The position numbers and the translations under genes were made by a program. A stretch of DNA of 64,000 nt from Candidatus Woesearchaeota archaeon (GTDB lineage Archaea > Nanobdellota > Nanobdellia > Woesearchaeales > GW2011-AR4), in the NCBI GenBank assembly GCA_018303625.1, contig JAGVXV010000010.1:13411-77410 (forward strand), in the 5' to 3' direction. Each line of letters starts with the position of its first letter. The first letter of the stretch is position 1. Under the pieces are notes generated by a model, which saw only the letters and a list, made by a program, of their open reading frames with translations, made no database searches and had not been told where the DNA came from. Below are positions 54,181 through 64,000 of this stretch, piece by piece.

Positions 54181-54510
54181 TTAACCCCTCGGTATTTGAG
54201 TTCTGTATGTTTCTGGTATCATTAAATCATGGAATAAAAATCCGTCTGTTGGACCATCACCTGGAATGATGTTGGCATAAAACCTGTTACCCCTTAAACC
54301 ACTCTCCCAATATTCATATGTAGATTCTGGATGCTCAGATTTTTGTGGTCTTCTTCCGTTAAATAAACCTCTGACTTGTGGGTCTTTAATTAATTCGACA
54401 GTTATAAGTTCTGCATTTTGTGGTCTTAAATAATGTACAAGCATTCTCACTACCCGATTACCATCAGATTCTCTACTCACTACTGTAACTCCTTCCATTT
54501 TCAAAACCAT
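54181..54510 (-). CDS. hypothetical protein (109 aa)
   Basis: '...RRPQKSEHPESTYEYWESGLRGNRFYANIIPGDGPTDGFLFHDLMIPETYRTQIPRG', with AT3-rich codons. It is the first gene of the 3-gene unit. Confidence 0.4.
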   Translation of the reverse strand: MVLKMEGVTVVSRESDGNRVVRMLVHYLRPQNAELITVELIKDPQVRGLFNGRRPQKSEHPESTYEYWESGLRGNRFYANIIPGDGPTDGFLFHDLMIPETYRTQIPRG

Positions 54511-54610
54511 ACCCCCTTTAACTACTTGTTAGTGCGGAACTTATATATAAATTTTTCGATTTATATATTAAAACATATTAATTGCAATATAGAAAATAAA
54601 TGAGATATGA

Positions 54611-54919
54611 TTATTTATAGGGAATCCTCATAAACCTTTTGCAGCTTAGGCAGTAATAAACCGCTTTGCCTCTTTGCACTCTTATGCGGCAGTTTACAGA
54701 TGGCACTAAAAACTTATGGCAATGCTTGCAGAATTTTCTTTTAAGGCTGGAAGGGATTTTTACCTTGTATTTCATCGTAATTTTCCTTGCAAGCTGTACA
54801 TACCTGTCAGAAAGGCTGGAATCTTCCCTGAACATCTCCTTTGCCTGCCTGAATAAGACTTCAACCCTTTCCCGTGCAATCTTTTGGTGCTCTTTGCGCT
54901 TCCCATAAACCTTTTTCAT
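54611..54919 (-). CDS. rnp4: RNase P protein subunit Rpp21 (Rpr2/RNP4)
   Basis: An N-terminal helical region 'RKEHQKIARERVEVLFRQAKEMFRED...YVQLARKI' is followed by the Zn ribbon 'CKHCHKFLVPSVNCRIRV...YYCLSCKRF'. The ATG is at about 54919. The TTG at 54937 is less likely. Confidence 0.75.
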   Translation of the reverse strand: MKKVYGKRKEHQKIARERVEVLFRQAKEMFREDSSLSDRYVQLARKITMKYKVKIPSSLKRKFCKHCHKFLVPSVNCRIRVQRGKAVYYCLSCKRFMRIPYK

Positions 54920-54973
54920 AAAACAAATAATTCGCAAAATATTTAATAAACTTCCTATTGCTTAAGGCTGAAA

Positions 54974-56227
54974 ATGCTGAAATTCTTGAAAAATATTTTT
55001 ATGCAGAAGGAAATCAAAAATGAGGAAATTAACCTGAACGAGCTTGAGGGCTGGATTGAGTCCAATAAAAAGATTATTTTAAACGACCTCAATAAAAAAA
55101 CCGATGAGATAATGTCCAGGATAAGCAATGAGGTAAGAAAGTGCAATGAAAACCTCAGGGCATTGGAAAATGCTGAATTGGCAAACCCTAAAATACCGCT
55201 GAGGGCAAAACAGGCAATGGAAGGCAACAGGGAAACCTATATAAAAAGGATAAATCTTTTTTTGGCGGGGATTGACTTAAAAGAGGCTGATTACGGCAAA
55301 CTCCTTGATTTCTGCACTAATTTTGAAATTCAGGCAGGTGAAGTGGCAAAAAGCACTTTCAAGAGCTATCAGGTTTTGCAGCATTTCTTTGCCAATGAAT
55401 CCTCCGATATAGCCAAGAATATAAAATATATTGATGATAATGTAAAAGAAATCAGACATCTGATAGTAAGCTCTAAGGTAAGCTCCATTGACGGCATAAA
55501 AAATGAAATTCTTGGTTTAAGGATGAGGATAAACCGGAAAAATAAGCTGGAGGAGGGCTTAAGCGGCAAAGAAAAGCTTATTGAAGAATTAAAGGAATTG
55601 AAAGCTGGCTTGGCAGAAGAGATAAATGATTTCAGCAAATCCGAAGAATATACTGGCTTTAAAATTTTAAAGGATAATAAAGCCTCGATAGAAAAGGAGA
55701 TTGGCGCGCATACTGCTTCCGTTATTCATTCTTTCTCAGTTTTGGAAAAAGCGCTGAAAAAATTTTCCAGGATATCATTGGAGGATGAAAAATTGATTAA
55801 CAATTATCTGGTTTCTCCGGTAAAAACTCTAGCCGAGGACAAGGGATTGAGGATAAAAAAGGTATTGGATAATTTAAAGGGCAATCTGCTCAGGAATAAA
55901 TTGGAGCTGGAAGAAAAGAAAGTGCAAAAATCCCTGAGCGAGATAGAAAAATTAAGCGTTGATTTTTTCATGTATTTCCTCGCAGCTTACAATGAACTTG
56001 AAGAGAGATTAAAAAACACGTGCAATGAGCTGGAAAATAATATGGCAGAGAAAAAATATATTGAATTGAACAATAGGATGGGCTTATTGAACCTCCAAAT
56101 GGAGAGGTTAGAAGAGGACATTAAGGGCTTAAAGCAAGAATCAGGGAAAATAGATATTCAGGCATTGAAAACTAGCCTGCAGGAAAAGGTGAACAGCGCA
56201 TTAAATAAATGCATCATCATTTCTTAA
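54974..56227 (+). CDS. coiled-coil protein, hypothetical
   Basis: 417 aa, K/E/L-rich with heptad periodicity throughout. No catalytic motif. Confidence 0.4.
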   Translation: MLKFLKNIFMQKEIKNEEINLNELEGWIESNKKIILNDLNKKTDEIMSRISNEVRKCNENLRALENAELANPKIPLRAKQAMEGNRETYIKRINLFLAGIDLKEADYGKLLDFCTNFEIQAGEVAKSTFKSYQVLQHFFANESSDIAKNIKYIDDNVKEIRHLIVSSKVSSIDGIKNEILGLRMRINRKNKLEEGLSGKEKLIEELKELKAGLAEEINDFSKSEEYTGFKILKDNKASIEKEIGAHTASVIHSFSVLEKALKKFSRISLEDEKLINNYLVSPVKTLAEDKGLRIKKVLDNLKGNLLRNKLELEEKKVQKSLSEIEKLSVDFFMYFLAAYNELEERLKNTCNELENNMAEKKYIELNNRMGLLNLQMERLEEDIKGLKQESGKIDIQALKTSLQEKVNSALNKCIIIS

Positions 56228-57428
56228 ATCTCCCGTGGGCTTCTTCCAAAGCAACTATCGCGGGCAGTTTGCCGTCTTTTTCTATAAATTCAAGTGAAGC
56301 CCCTCCTCCGGTGCTCACATGGGTCATCTTTTCAGCAAAGCCGAATTTTTCAACTGCCGCAGCGCTGTCCCCCCCGCCGATTATCGTGGCAGCGTACAAA
56401 GAGGAGATGAATTCTGCAATCTTTCTTGTACCGCTGGAAAATTTCTTGAATTCAAAAACCCCCAGGGGTCCTGCCCAAAGCACTGTTTTTGCATGGCTCA
56501 GCTTTTCCTTATAGGCTTCTATGGTATTGCTGCCGATGTCCATCACCATCCAGTCATTTGGAATTTTATTGATGCTGACTTCCTTGCTGTCGGCATTTTC
56601 CTCAAACCTGTCCGCAACAATAACATCGACAGGCAATAAAATCTTCTTATTGCCAATGAACTCTTTTGCGTGTTGCAAACTTTCCTCATCAAATTTCGAT
56701 TTCCTGATGTCAACTCCTTTTGCCTTCAGAAAAGTGTTTGCCAGAACCCCCCCTATAATCAGGCTGTCGACTTTTGAGAGCAAAGCCCTCATAACACCTA
56801 TCTTGTCTGCTTTTGCGCCGCCTATTATAGCTACAAAAGGCTTTTCGGGATTAAGCAGTTTGCTTAATTCATTTATCTCCTTTTCCAGCAAAAAGCCCGC
56901 GCATGAAGGCAGGAAATTCGTAATTGCGTGGACTGAAGCGTGCTTTCTATGGGAGGCTCCAAAAGCATCATTGACATAAACATCCGCAAGGCTTGCGAGC
57001 TTTTGCGCAAAAGCCTCATTGTTTTTTTCCTCTTCGTCATGAAACCTCAGATTTTCCAGTAAGATGATGTCAGCGTCTGGCAGCCTGATATCAACACAAT
57101 CGCCGGCAAAAACAACATCAATGCCCAGTATCCCGCTTAGGTTTTCCGCAACAGGATTCAATGAAAGCTCCCTCTTCACATCCTCAACGCTTTTTCCCTT
57201 TTCATACTCGTCTTTCGGCCTGCCTAAGTGGCTCATCAGGATTATTTTGCAGTTTTTCTCAAGCAAATAGTTTATTGTAGGGACAGTTGCCTCTAACCTT
57301 GTATCATCTGCAACTATTCCGTTCTTCAAAGGAACATTATAGTCTACTCTAACAAGAACTCTTTTGTTTTCCAGGGCCATATCCTTCAAAGTCAAAAACT
57401 TCATAGTGCTATAGAGGGAGTATTGCAT
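56217..57428 (-). CDS. pgk: Phosphoglycerate kinase
   Basis: 'VLVRVDYNVP', 'ILMSHLGRP', 'GGGASLE' and 'FVAIIGGAKADKIGV' are PGK signatures. 403 aa. Confidence 0.95.
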   Translation of the reverse strand: MQYSLYSTMKFLTLKDMALENKRVLVRVDYNVPLKNGIVADDTRLEATVPTINYLLEKNCKIILMSHLGRPKDEYEKGKSVEDVKRELSLNPVAENLSGILGIDVVFAGDCVDIRLPDADIILLENLRFHDEEEKNNEAFAQKLASLADVYVNDAFGASHRKHASVHAITNFLPSCAGFLLEKEINELSKLLNPEKPFVAIIGGAKADKIGVMRALLSKVDSLIIGGVLANTFLKAKGVDIRKSKFDEESLQHAKEFIGNKKILLPVDVIVADRFEENADSKEVSINKIPNDWMVMDIGSNTIEAYKEKLSHAKTVLWAGPLGVFEFKKFSSGTRKIAEFISSLYAATIIGGGDSAAAVEKFGFAEKMTHVSTGGGASLEFIEKDGKLPAIVALEEAHGRFKK

Positions 57429-57570
57429 TTATTAATTTATTGCTAATGTAAAGTAAACTTGTCAAGTATTCTCATTAACAATATAAAATATGCTCCGCAA
57501 ATTTAGTGCTAGGCTTCGCTGTCAAGCACATCGCTCAGCCTCGCCTATTTATGATTATTATTGAGTCAGT

Positions 57571-57668
57571 ACGAGGCAAAAATTAGTGAGTTGCGTGCGA
57601 GAACGCTCGCACGCTCGCGTTCAACTCAGGCAATTTTTGCCGAGACTAAATTTTGTCGCAGAGCGACA
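57571..57668. repeat. GC-rich imperfect palindromes in the pgk-upstream / hppA-downstream intergenic region
   Basis: 'GGCAAAAATT' (about 57575) pairs with 'AATTTTTGCC' (about 57632). These enclose 'GAGTTG CGTGCGAG aacg CTCGCACG ... CAACTC'. A separate 'TGTCGC aga GCGACA' hairpin (about 57654-57668) is flanked by T-runs. Confidence 0.4.
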
Positions 57669-57701
57669 TTTTTAATTTTGTCCCAAAATTAATGTGTTTC
57701 A

Positions 57702-59696
57702 TTAAATAAAAAGCGGGACAAAGACAATTGACACAATTCCCATCAGCTTTATTAAGATGTTCAATGAAGGCCCGGCAGTGTCCTTAAAGGGGTCTCCTAC
57801 AGTGTCGCCTACAACAGCCGCCTTATGGGCAAAGCTTCCCTTGCCTCCAAATTTCCCCTCCTCTATGTATTTTTTTGCATTGTCCCAGGCGCCGCCGGAA
57901 TTTGCCATGAATACTGCCATCAAAAACCCAACGACTGTTTTTCCAGCCAGCAAGCCTCCCAAGGCTTCAGGCCCAAGCAATATGCCGACAGCTATCGGAG
58001 TTACAATAACCAGAATCCCGGGCAAGATCATTTCCCTTAAAGCCGCCTTTGTGCTTATGTCAATGCACTTATGGTAATCGGGCTTTGCTTTTCCTTGTGC
58101 GAGGCCTTTTATCTCCTTGAATTGCCTCCTTGCTTCATTGACAATATGCATTGCAGCCTTCCCGACAGAGCCCATCAGCATGGCCGCAAAAATAAAGGGC
58201 AGCAATCCGCCAACAAACAAGCCAACCAAAACTGTAGGGTCTGCAACATTTATTGATTTTATCCCCGTAATCTCGGCAAAGGTGACAAACAACACCAGGG
58301 ATGTCAAGGCTGCGCTTCCAATGGCAAAGCCCTTCCCGATGGCAGCAGTTGTATTTCCTACAGCATCAAGGCTTTCAGCCCTTTCCCTTGTTTTCTTTCC
58401 AAGGTTTGCCATTTCAGAAATGCCAGCCGCATTATCAGCAACAGGGCCATAAGTGTCTGTCGCCAGGGTAATGCCCAAGGTTGCCAACATCCCGACTGCT
58501 GAAATCGCGACTCCGTACAAGCCTTCGCTGAAATTATTCACACCATTCGCTAAAAAAAACGCGGCTAAGATAGCTATGCTTACCGACAAGACAGGGATTA
58601 TTGTGCTCCACATGCCGATTGCCAGGCCTTCAATTACATTTGTTCCTGCTCCTGTCCTTGAAGCCTCGCTTATGGTTCTTGTAGGCTTTCTTTTGTTTGA
58701 AGTGTAATATTCAGTTGAAAGCCCTATAGCAATTCCCGCCAATAATCCTGATAAAGTTGCCCAAAAAATTCCTAAATTTTTTACCATGTAGGATATTATA
58801 AAATAGGATGATGCAACTGTCAGCAAAGATGCCGCTAAAATTCCCTTATTCAAAGTCCATATCAGGTTTTTGCTCTTTCCCACCCTTACAAAAAATGTCC
58901 CCGTTATTGCCGCCAATATGCCTGCAGCGCTTATAGCCAGAGGCAGCAGGACATAATTCTCCCTGTTTGAGGTATAAGCTAAAAACCCTATGACCATGGC
59001 TGCAACAATGCTTTCCACATAGCTCTCGAATAAATCAGCGCCCATTCCAGCAACATCACCCACATTGTCACCCACATTATCAGCTATGACTGCAGGGTTT
59101 CTTGGGTCATCTTCCGGGATTCCCCTTTCAATCTTGCCAACCAAGTCTGCGCCGACATCTGCAGCTTTTGTGTATATGCCGCCGCCTACTCTTGCAAATA
59201 ATGCTATGTAAGAAGCGCCGAAAGTGAAGCCGAAAATAAGCTGGGGATCCTTAAACTGCGGGAGAAAATAGAAAGCAGTTATTCCCAACAAGCCAAGGCT
59301 GACAACAGTAAGCCCCACGACAACTCCTGAATTAAACGCTATTTTCAGGCCCGAATCAATGTTTTTTTCGCAGGCCTCTGCAGTTCTTGCATTGGCCTTT
59401 GTTGCTATATGCATCCCTATCCTTCCAGCAACTGCAGAAAGAAAAGCGCCAGCAATAAAGGAGACTGCAAGCTCCAGCCCATTTTCCAGGGCAAAATAAA
59501 GTATCGCTGCAATAATAATCGCGAAAACAGCCATTATCCTGTATTCCCTGTTAAGAAAAGTCAAAGCCCCTTTATGTATTATTAATGATATTTCCTCAAC
59601 TTTCTTATTTTGTATTTCTTGCCTTACAATGCCTCTTCCCAGGTAAGCGGCAAATAAAAGCCCCATTACTCCAGCAATGAGTATTATCCACAGCAT
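57702..59696 (-). CDS. hppA: Membrane-bound proton/sodium-translocating pyrophosphatase
   Basis: 664 aa with about 16 TM helices. '[17 protein letters not shown]', '[21 protein letters not shown]' and '[18 protein letters not shown]' are canonical H+-PPase motifs. Confidence 0.95.
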   Translation of the reverse strand: MLWIILIAGVMGLLFAAYLGRGIVRQEIQNKKVEEISLIIHKGALTFLNREYRIMAVFAIIIAAILYFALENGLELAVSFIAGAFLSAVAGRIGMHIATKANARTAEACEKNIDSGLKIAFNSGVVVGLTVVSLGLLGITAFYFLPQFKDPQLIFGFTFGASYIALFARVGGGIYTKAADVGADLVGKIERGIPEDDPRNPAVIADNVGDNVGDVAGMGADLFESYVESIVAAMVIGFLAYTSNRENYVLLPLAISAAGILAAITGTFFVRVGKSKNLIWTLNKGILAASLLTVASSYFIISYMVKNLGIFWATLSGLLAGIAIGLSTEYYTSNKRKPTRTISEASRTGAGTNVIEGLAIGMWSTIIPVLSVSIAILAAFFLANGVNNFSEGLYGVAISAVGMLATLGITLATDTYGPVADNAAGISEMANLGKKTRERAESLDAVGNTTAAIGKGFAIGSAALTSLVLFVTFAEITGIKSINVADPTVLVGLFVGGLLPFIFAAMLMGSVGKAAMHIVNEARRQFKEIKGLAQGKAKPDYHKCIDISTKAALREMILPGILVIVTPIAVGILLGPEALGGLLAGKTVVGFLMAVFMANSGGAWDNAKKYIEEGKFGGKGSFAHKAAVVGDTVGDPFKDTAGPSLNILIKLMGIVSIVFVPLFI

Positions 59697-59775
59697 TTTA
59701 TTAACGAGGTTATAAGCAATTTAAAAAGATTTCGCTCTAGAAATTATTAGATATGTGTTTGTGCATCGGTTCCTT

Positions 59776-61005
59776 TCATTTAGCAGCGGGTTTTGGGCTA
59801 AATGACTGAATTACATAATCAGCCAATTTTACTGCATCGTAAGTTGGTTTTTCATTTGAGCTTAACTGTCTTTTCAGTTCATCCAATCTTTGTTTACCAT
59901 CCAAACCCTTTCTAACTAATACTGGTATATGGCTATCTCCCTCAATTTCCGCTATCTCCTTTTTTAAGCGAGTTCTTTCATCAGTGATATACTTTAATGC
60001 CTTACTCCTTCCTTCTTCAATTCTTAAAATAAACTCGCTTACTTGCACGCCTTGAGAGGATAGTATATATCTTACACTTTTATCGAATGCCTTCATTATG
60101 TCGAAAAAGTCAGTCTCATAATGATCAGACCTCATGGATAAGTATTGGATAAGTTGAGCAGCTTTTAGGACGGGAATTCTTGTTCCCTCAATAGCATCAA
60201 ATATGGTGTAAAGTGCTTGGGGGGCATTAACCTTGCCTGTGAGTCCGTAAAACGATTTTAATACTTCTCTGGCTTCATCTCGTGTCCTATTGTATCTTAG
60301 AGTTGCGGCTGCCGCCTGATATGCAGAAGATGTAGAGCAGGCTATATCTTTTAGGCTTTGGCCGATGCGCATGTCCGGAAACTCTTTTTCTCCAAATAAT
60401 ATAAGTCTGGACAAAGACAGGTTCTCATCAGGTTTTCCTTTGCCGATTGTATCTGATGCCTCTTTGATAATAGCTCTAACAACATCTCCAAATTGTGATA
60501 TGCTTTCAGGTTTGTCTCCCAATGCAATGCCGTCATCTAATTTTACCTTCTTTAGAACTTCAAGATAAAACTCCACGATTCCCGTTACACTTTGAATATC
60601 CACTCTGGCTACACTTGTTACCTTATTCGCTATATCAGCTGCCTGTTCTAAGCTGAATCTTTTCTCCCCACTGTCAGATTTATAACCTAATATTTTTTCC
60701 GCAATCTCTAATCGCCTCACAATCGGAGCGATGTTAAACTCATTAGGGTCTATTTCCTCATCATGCCTATAAAGCATTGAGAGCAGATAAGCACTTTCAT
60801 CTCTTGTCCTACTATTGCCCAAAAGAGCATTTGTGAGTCCCCTCACAGCACGCGCCTTTAGAATGTCTGCTTCTGCTTGCTCAACCATCCCTAAAGCATT
60901 CTGGCGTGCTTTTTGGGCCGCTTCCAATTGTGTTACGAGATTATCTAAAGAAAAAGCGCCTGACTCAGGATCTATGCCCAATTTTGGATTCGGCTGGACT
61001 GACAT
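59776..61005 (-). CDS. hypothetical protein (409 aa)
   Basis: A soluble, helical-looking ORF with no motif and relatively AT3-rich codons. It lies immediately downstream of atpD. Confidence 0.4.
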   Translation of the reverse strand: MSVQPNPKLGIDPESGAFSLDNLVTQLEAAQKARQNALGMVEQAEADILKARAVRGLTNALLGNSRTRDESAYLLSMLYRHDEEIDPNEFNIAPIVRRLEIAEKILGYKSDSGEKRFSLEQAADIANKVTSVARVDIQSVTGIVEFYLEVLKKVKLDDGIALGDKPESISQFGDVVRAIIKEASDTIGKGKPDENLSLSRLILFGEKEFPDMRIGQSLKDIACSTSSAYQAAAATLRYNRTRDEAREVLKSFYGLTGKVNAPQALYTIFDAIEGTRIPVLKAAQLIQYLSMRSDHYETDFFDIMKAFDKSVRYILSSQGVQVSEFILRIEEGRSKALKYITDERTRLKKEIAEIEGDSHIPVLVRKGLDGKQRLDELKRQLSSNEKPTYDAVKLADYVIQSFSPKPAAK

Positions 61006-61196
61006 AAATTATCACAAAATCATTTAACTACTTTAAAATGGAATCAGAATCAATGTTATATTTAAATGTTTCTAAACTCTAGCCTTAACCCAAAAGTACA
61101 AATAAATAAAAAACCCGATGATGAGCAAAAAGTTTATCGCAGTGATTGCAATGACAAACCATATTAGGAATTTCCTTTTAGCGGGTTTTTTTGCCA

Positions 61197-61814
61197 TCAT
61201 GCCCTGACTTTTATCCTTTTCATCCTGAATATGTTCTCTCTTTCCATCTCCTCCAGGCGCAGGTTTATGAAATTTTTCACCTGGTCGAGCCTGGGCATAA
61301 CAACATACTCCAATGCATTTACCCTTCTCTTTGTCTTTTCAATCTCTCTCAGCAGCTTTCTCATGGAAGTTTCAACCTCTGCCGCCAGGATTATTTTTTC
61401 AACGACTTTTTCATAAGCGGCTGCTGCCTCGTCAATTGATGCTGAATTGTAAAATCCATAGCCCCTTTCCAAAAAATGCTTTTGCAAAGATTTGCTTTCA
61501 ATTTTAGGCACCTTAACCCCCATTATGTTTTTTGTCTGCAAAGAAACTTCGGGAATATCTTTTATTGCCATTGCTATTGACTTTATTTTGAGGTCGCCTT
61601 CCAGTGTTCTTGCTATATTCATCTTTTCCAGCGCTGTTTGGTATTCGCTAACCAGCTCTTCCCTCAGCGTTTTTGCCTTCTTCAGGATTTCAAAAAATTC
61701 GAGAATAAGACCATCTCTTTTCTTCTTCAGCAGGCTGTAGCCTGATTTAGCTAACTTAATCTGCTTTTTTACTTTCAATAATTCGGATCTTGTTGGTTTA
61801 ATGTCCTGGGCCAT
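61197..61814 (-). CDS. atpD: A/V-type ATP synthase subunit D
   Basis: 'MAQDIKPTRSELLKVKKQIKLAKSGYSLLKKKRDGLILEF', with coiled-coil character, typical of A1 subunit D. Confidence 0.85.
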   Translation of the reverse strand: MAQDIKPTRSELLKVKKQIKLAKSGYSLLKKKRDGLILEFFEILKKAKTLREELVSEYQTALEKMNIARTLEGDLKIKSIAMAIKDIPEVSLQTKNIMGVKVPKIESKSLQKHFLERGYGFYNSASIDEAAAAYEKVVEKIILAAEVETSMRKLLREIEKTKRRVNALEYVVMPRLDQVKNFINLRLEEMERENIFRMKRIKVRA

Positions 61815-62817
61815 TTTGTATTGGTATTTTTAATTGGTATATTGCCTTTTGTGAAGGAGTATCTCCGATTCTTGCTAGGAATACCGACCCTCCTCTCCCA
61901 ATATAATCCCGAATAAATGTCTGGTCTTCTCCGCTTAAAAATTCCCTTAATCCAGTAGGCAAATCCCTTCCCTGCCTAAATGCAAAAATTGTTGATTTAG
62001 TATGAGCAAAACTGTTCCCATTTCCGTTTAAGGCATGAGTCATTGCATAATAAAGGGAGTCTCTTATAATAGGGTCGAATGAATTTAACTGCAAATCTAT
62101 TTGAAATATTCCAAACCCCGTTGGGGAGCTATGTACATTGTTAACAAGAATTATATTTGGATCCTGCCCCGAGGCAAATTCATCAATATCTCTTTTAGTA
62201 TACCATTCTTCCAGGCAAGGCTTTAATTCCTCTAAAAGTTTCAGCCTGGTTCCACTTCTAGCGTAATGTTGATTAGGTACATCAAAAATTCTGCCTTTCG
62301 CATGGTCAAAAAAAAGTACTCCCGCCCTATATGCTTCTTCAACTTTATGCAATTGTCTTTTTGCATTTTCTATAGCATCTCCGTCAACCATAGTTTTGAA
62401 AGCCTCTAAATGCGCATGGTCATCTAAGCCATGCTCTCTTGCGTATTTCACTGCCCCGCATACTTCATGGGCAATCACAACCGTAGGTTTTTTTTGGGAA
62501 TTGTAAAGAGTATTGCCTGCTGTATTATAAGTTGCAACACCAGGTATCTGGCTTAGAATAACCCTTAACACCTCATTCCTCACATCGCTGCACAGGTAAA
62601 CATGAGTGTCTATTGGTTTTTCAGTATTATTAAGAACTTGTAAGTATCTTCTTGCTTCTTCATGGCCTACTTCACTTATCGTTATTGGGGTAATTTCAGC
62701 CCAATCTAATCTCAAATCCCTTATTTCCCTAATTTTTACAGCTTGCTCTTGTTCCACAGCCACAACCATGCTACCACCGCCTAGCCTTCCTTCCAGATTA
62801 ACATCACCGGAGTCCAT
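61798..62817 (-). CDS. hypothetical protein with beta-carbonic-anhydrase-like Cys/His motifs, inserted between atpB and atpD
   Basis: 339 aa. 'YLCSDVRNE' (CxDxR-like) and 'VIAHEVCGAVKY' (HxxCG-like) lie about 40 aa apart, as in beta-CAs. The C-terminal roughly 130 aa are unassigned. Codon usage is AT3-rich. Confidence 0.35.
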   Translation of the reverse strand: MDSGDVNLEGRLGGGSMVVAVEQEQAVKIREIRDLRLDWAEITPITISEVGHEEARRYLQVLNNTEKPIDTHVYLCSDVRNEVLRVILSQIPGVATYNTAGNTLYNSQKKPTVVIAHEVCGAVKYAREHGLDDHAHLEAFKTMVDGDAIENAKRQLHKVEEAYRAGVLFFDHAKGRIFDVPNQHYARSGTRLKLLEELKPCLEEWYTKRDIDEFASGQDPNIILVNNVHSSPTGFGIFQIDLQLNSFDPIIRDSLYYAMTHALNGNGNSFAHTKSTIFAFRQGRDLPTGLREFLSGEDQTFIRDYIGRGGSVFLARIGDTPSQKAIYQLKIPIQNGPGH

Positions 62818-62838
62818 AAAATCACTGCCTCGCTATTT

Positions 62839-64000
62839 TTATCCTGACTCTTTTTTCTCTTCAGCTTCTCGAGATTTGTAGTATCTCTTCCTCAGCTCCG
62901 GGCTTATCCTTGTCAATTCATTTTCCGGCAATAATCCAAGCAGTTTCCATCCCAAATCCAAAGTCTGGGAAATGCTCCTGTCCTCATCTTTTTTCTGCCT
63001 TACGAACTTGTCTTCAAATTCTGCAGCTAACTTAAGGAAGTTTTTATCTCTTGATGATAAAGCCTCTTCTCCGACAATCGCAACAAGGCCCCTTAAATCA
63101 CGGCCTTCGGCATAAGCTGCGTACAACTGGTCGGAAACCTGCTTATGGTCTTCCCTTGTTTTTTCAGCGCCGATGCCGAGATTCATCAGCCTGGAAAGTG
63201 ATGGAAGAACATCTATGTTGGGGTAAACTCCTTTCCTATGCAGTTCTCTCGCTAAAACAATCTGCCCTTCAGTTATATAGCCGGTTAAATCCGGAATAGG
63301 ATGAGTTATATCATCGCCAACCATTGTCAATATTGGGATTTGGGTAATGCTTCCTTTCTTTCCCTTGATAACACCAGCTCTTTCATATATCATTGCCAAA
63401 TCAGTGTACATGTACCCTGGATAGCCTCTTCTTCCGGGAATTTCTTCCCTTGCCGCGCCTATCTCTCTTAAGCTTTCGCAATAATTGGTCATATCCGTTA
63501 AAATCACGAGGACATGCGCATCATGCTCAAATGCAAAATATTCAGCTGCTGTCAAAGCCATTCTTGGCGTTACAAGCCTCTCTACAGCAGGGTCATTTGC
63601 AAGATTAAGGAAAACAACGCTTCTCTGCAAAGCCCCTGTTCTCTGGAAATCATTTATGAAATATTGTGCTTCTTCATTAGTTATGCCCATTGCGGCGAAA
63701 ATAACAACAAAATTCTCTTTCTTGCCGACAACTTTTGCCTGCCTTGCTATCTGCAGGGCGATTTCATTATGCGGCAGGCCAGAGCCTGAAAACAATGGCA
63801 GTTTCTGGCCCCTAACCAGGGTATTCATTGCGTCTATTGTTGATACTCCGGTCTGTATAAAGTCGTGGGGGCTGCCTCTTGAAAAAGGGTTTATTGCAGC
63901 TCCGATAATATCGAGCTTTTTTTCCGGGATTATTTCCGGCCCGTTGTCTATCGGCTTTCCTGAGCCGCTTAAAACCCTGCCAAGCATCTCTTTTGAGACG
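62839..64000 (-). CDS. atpB: A/V-type ATP synthase subunit B (partial; N-terminus beyond window end)
   Basis: '[17 protein letters not shown]', '[14 protein letters not shown]', '[19 protein letters not shown]' and '[31 protein letters not shown]' are diagnostic of the non-catalytic B subunit. The ORF runs off the 3' edge of the window. Confidence 0.9.
   Translation of the reverse strand, partial: VSKEMLGRVLSGSGKPIDNGPEIIPEKKLDIIGAAINPFSRGSPHDFIQTGVSTIDAMNTLVRGQKLPLFSGSGLPHNEIALQIARQAKVVGKKENFVVIFAAMGITNEEAQYFINDFQRTGALQRSVVFLNLANDPAVERLVTPRMALTAAEYFAFEHDAHVLVILTDMTNYCESLREIGAAREEIPGRRGYPGYMYTDLAMIYERAGVIKGKKGSITQIPILTMVGDDITHPIPDLTGYITEGQIVLARELHRKGVYPNIDVLPSLSRLMNLGIGAEKTREDHKQVSDQLYAAYAEGRDLRGLVAIVGEEALSSRDKNFLKLAAEFEDKFVRQKKDEDRSISQTLDLGWKLLGLLPENELTRISPELRKRYYKSREAEEKKESG

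Overview
This is a low-GC (roughly 38-40% by eye) archaeal chromosomal segment, most consistent with a small-genome, DPANN-like archaeon. Key features of the window:
- Core information-processing genes are archaeal: the uL1/P0/P1 stalk cluster, the eS31-eS24-Spt4-RpoE'-PIN block, the uS13-uS4-uS11-RpoD-eL18-uL13-uS9-RpoN operon, NAC, Sec61beta, Rpp21, LeuRS, DNA ligase, FtsZ, Dph5 and A-type ATPase subunits B and D.
- Two structured RNAs, RNase P RNA and SRP (7S) RNA, stand out as GC-rich islands in the AT-rich background.
- Seven tRNAs are called. Several carry introns, including introns in the D-loop.
- Many conserved proteins carry Lys/Glu-rich C-terminal tails.
- The accessory-looking parts are listed below. 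Some of them also use visibly more AT-rich codons.
  - A lone bacterial-type ispG.
  - A tandem paralog pair of unknown function.
  - A cluster of secreted proteins: a tail-fiber-like repeat protein, a membrane-anchored lipase, a serpin and two PKD-repeat proteins.
  - A tRNA-Arg locus with a duplicated 3' end, next to a 351-aa gene with atypical codon usage.
  - A Hel308-like helicase that lacks its first RecA domain.
  - An orphan YoeB-like toxin with a convergent YefM-like fragment, plus a small HNH protein.
  - A phospholipid head-group operon (psd, a small methyltransferase, CDP-alcohol phosphatidyltransferase) next to two tandem-domain CDP-alcohol phosphatidyltransferases and CarS.
  - A Dph2 remnant.
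  - A three-gene cluster of small unknown proteins.
  - A gene with beta-carbonic-anhydrase-like motifs inserted between atpB and atpD.
- No CRISPR array, rRNA or recognisable transposase or integrase was found.
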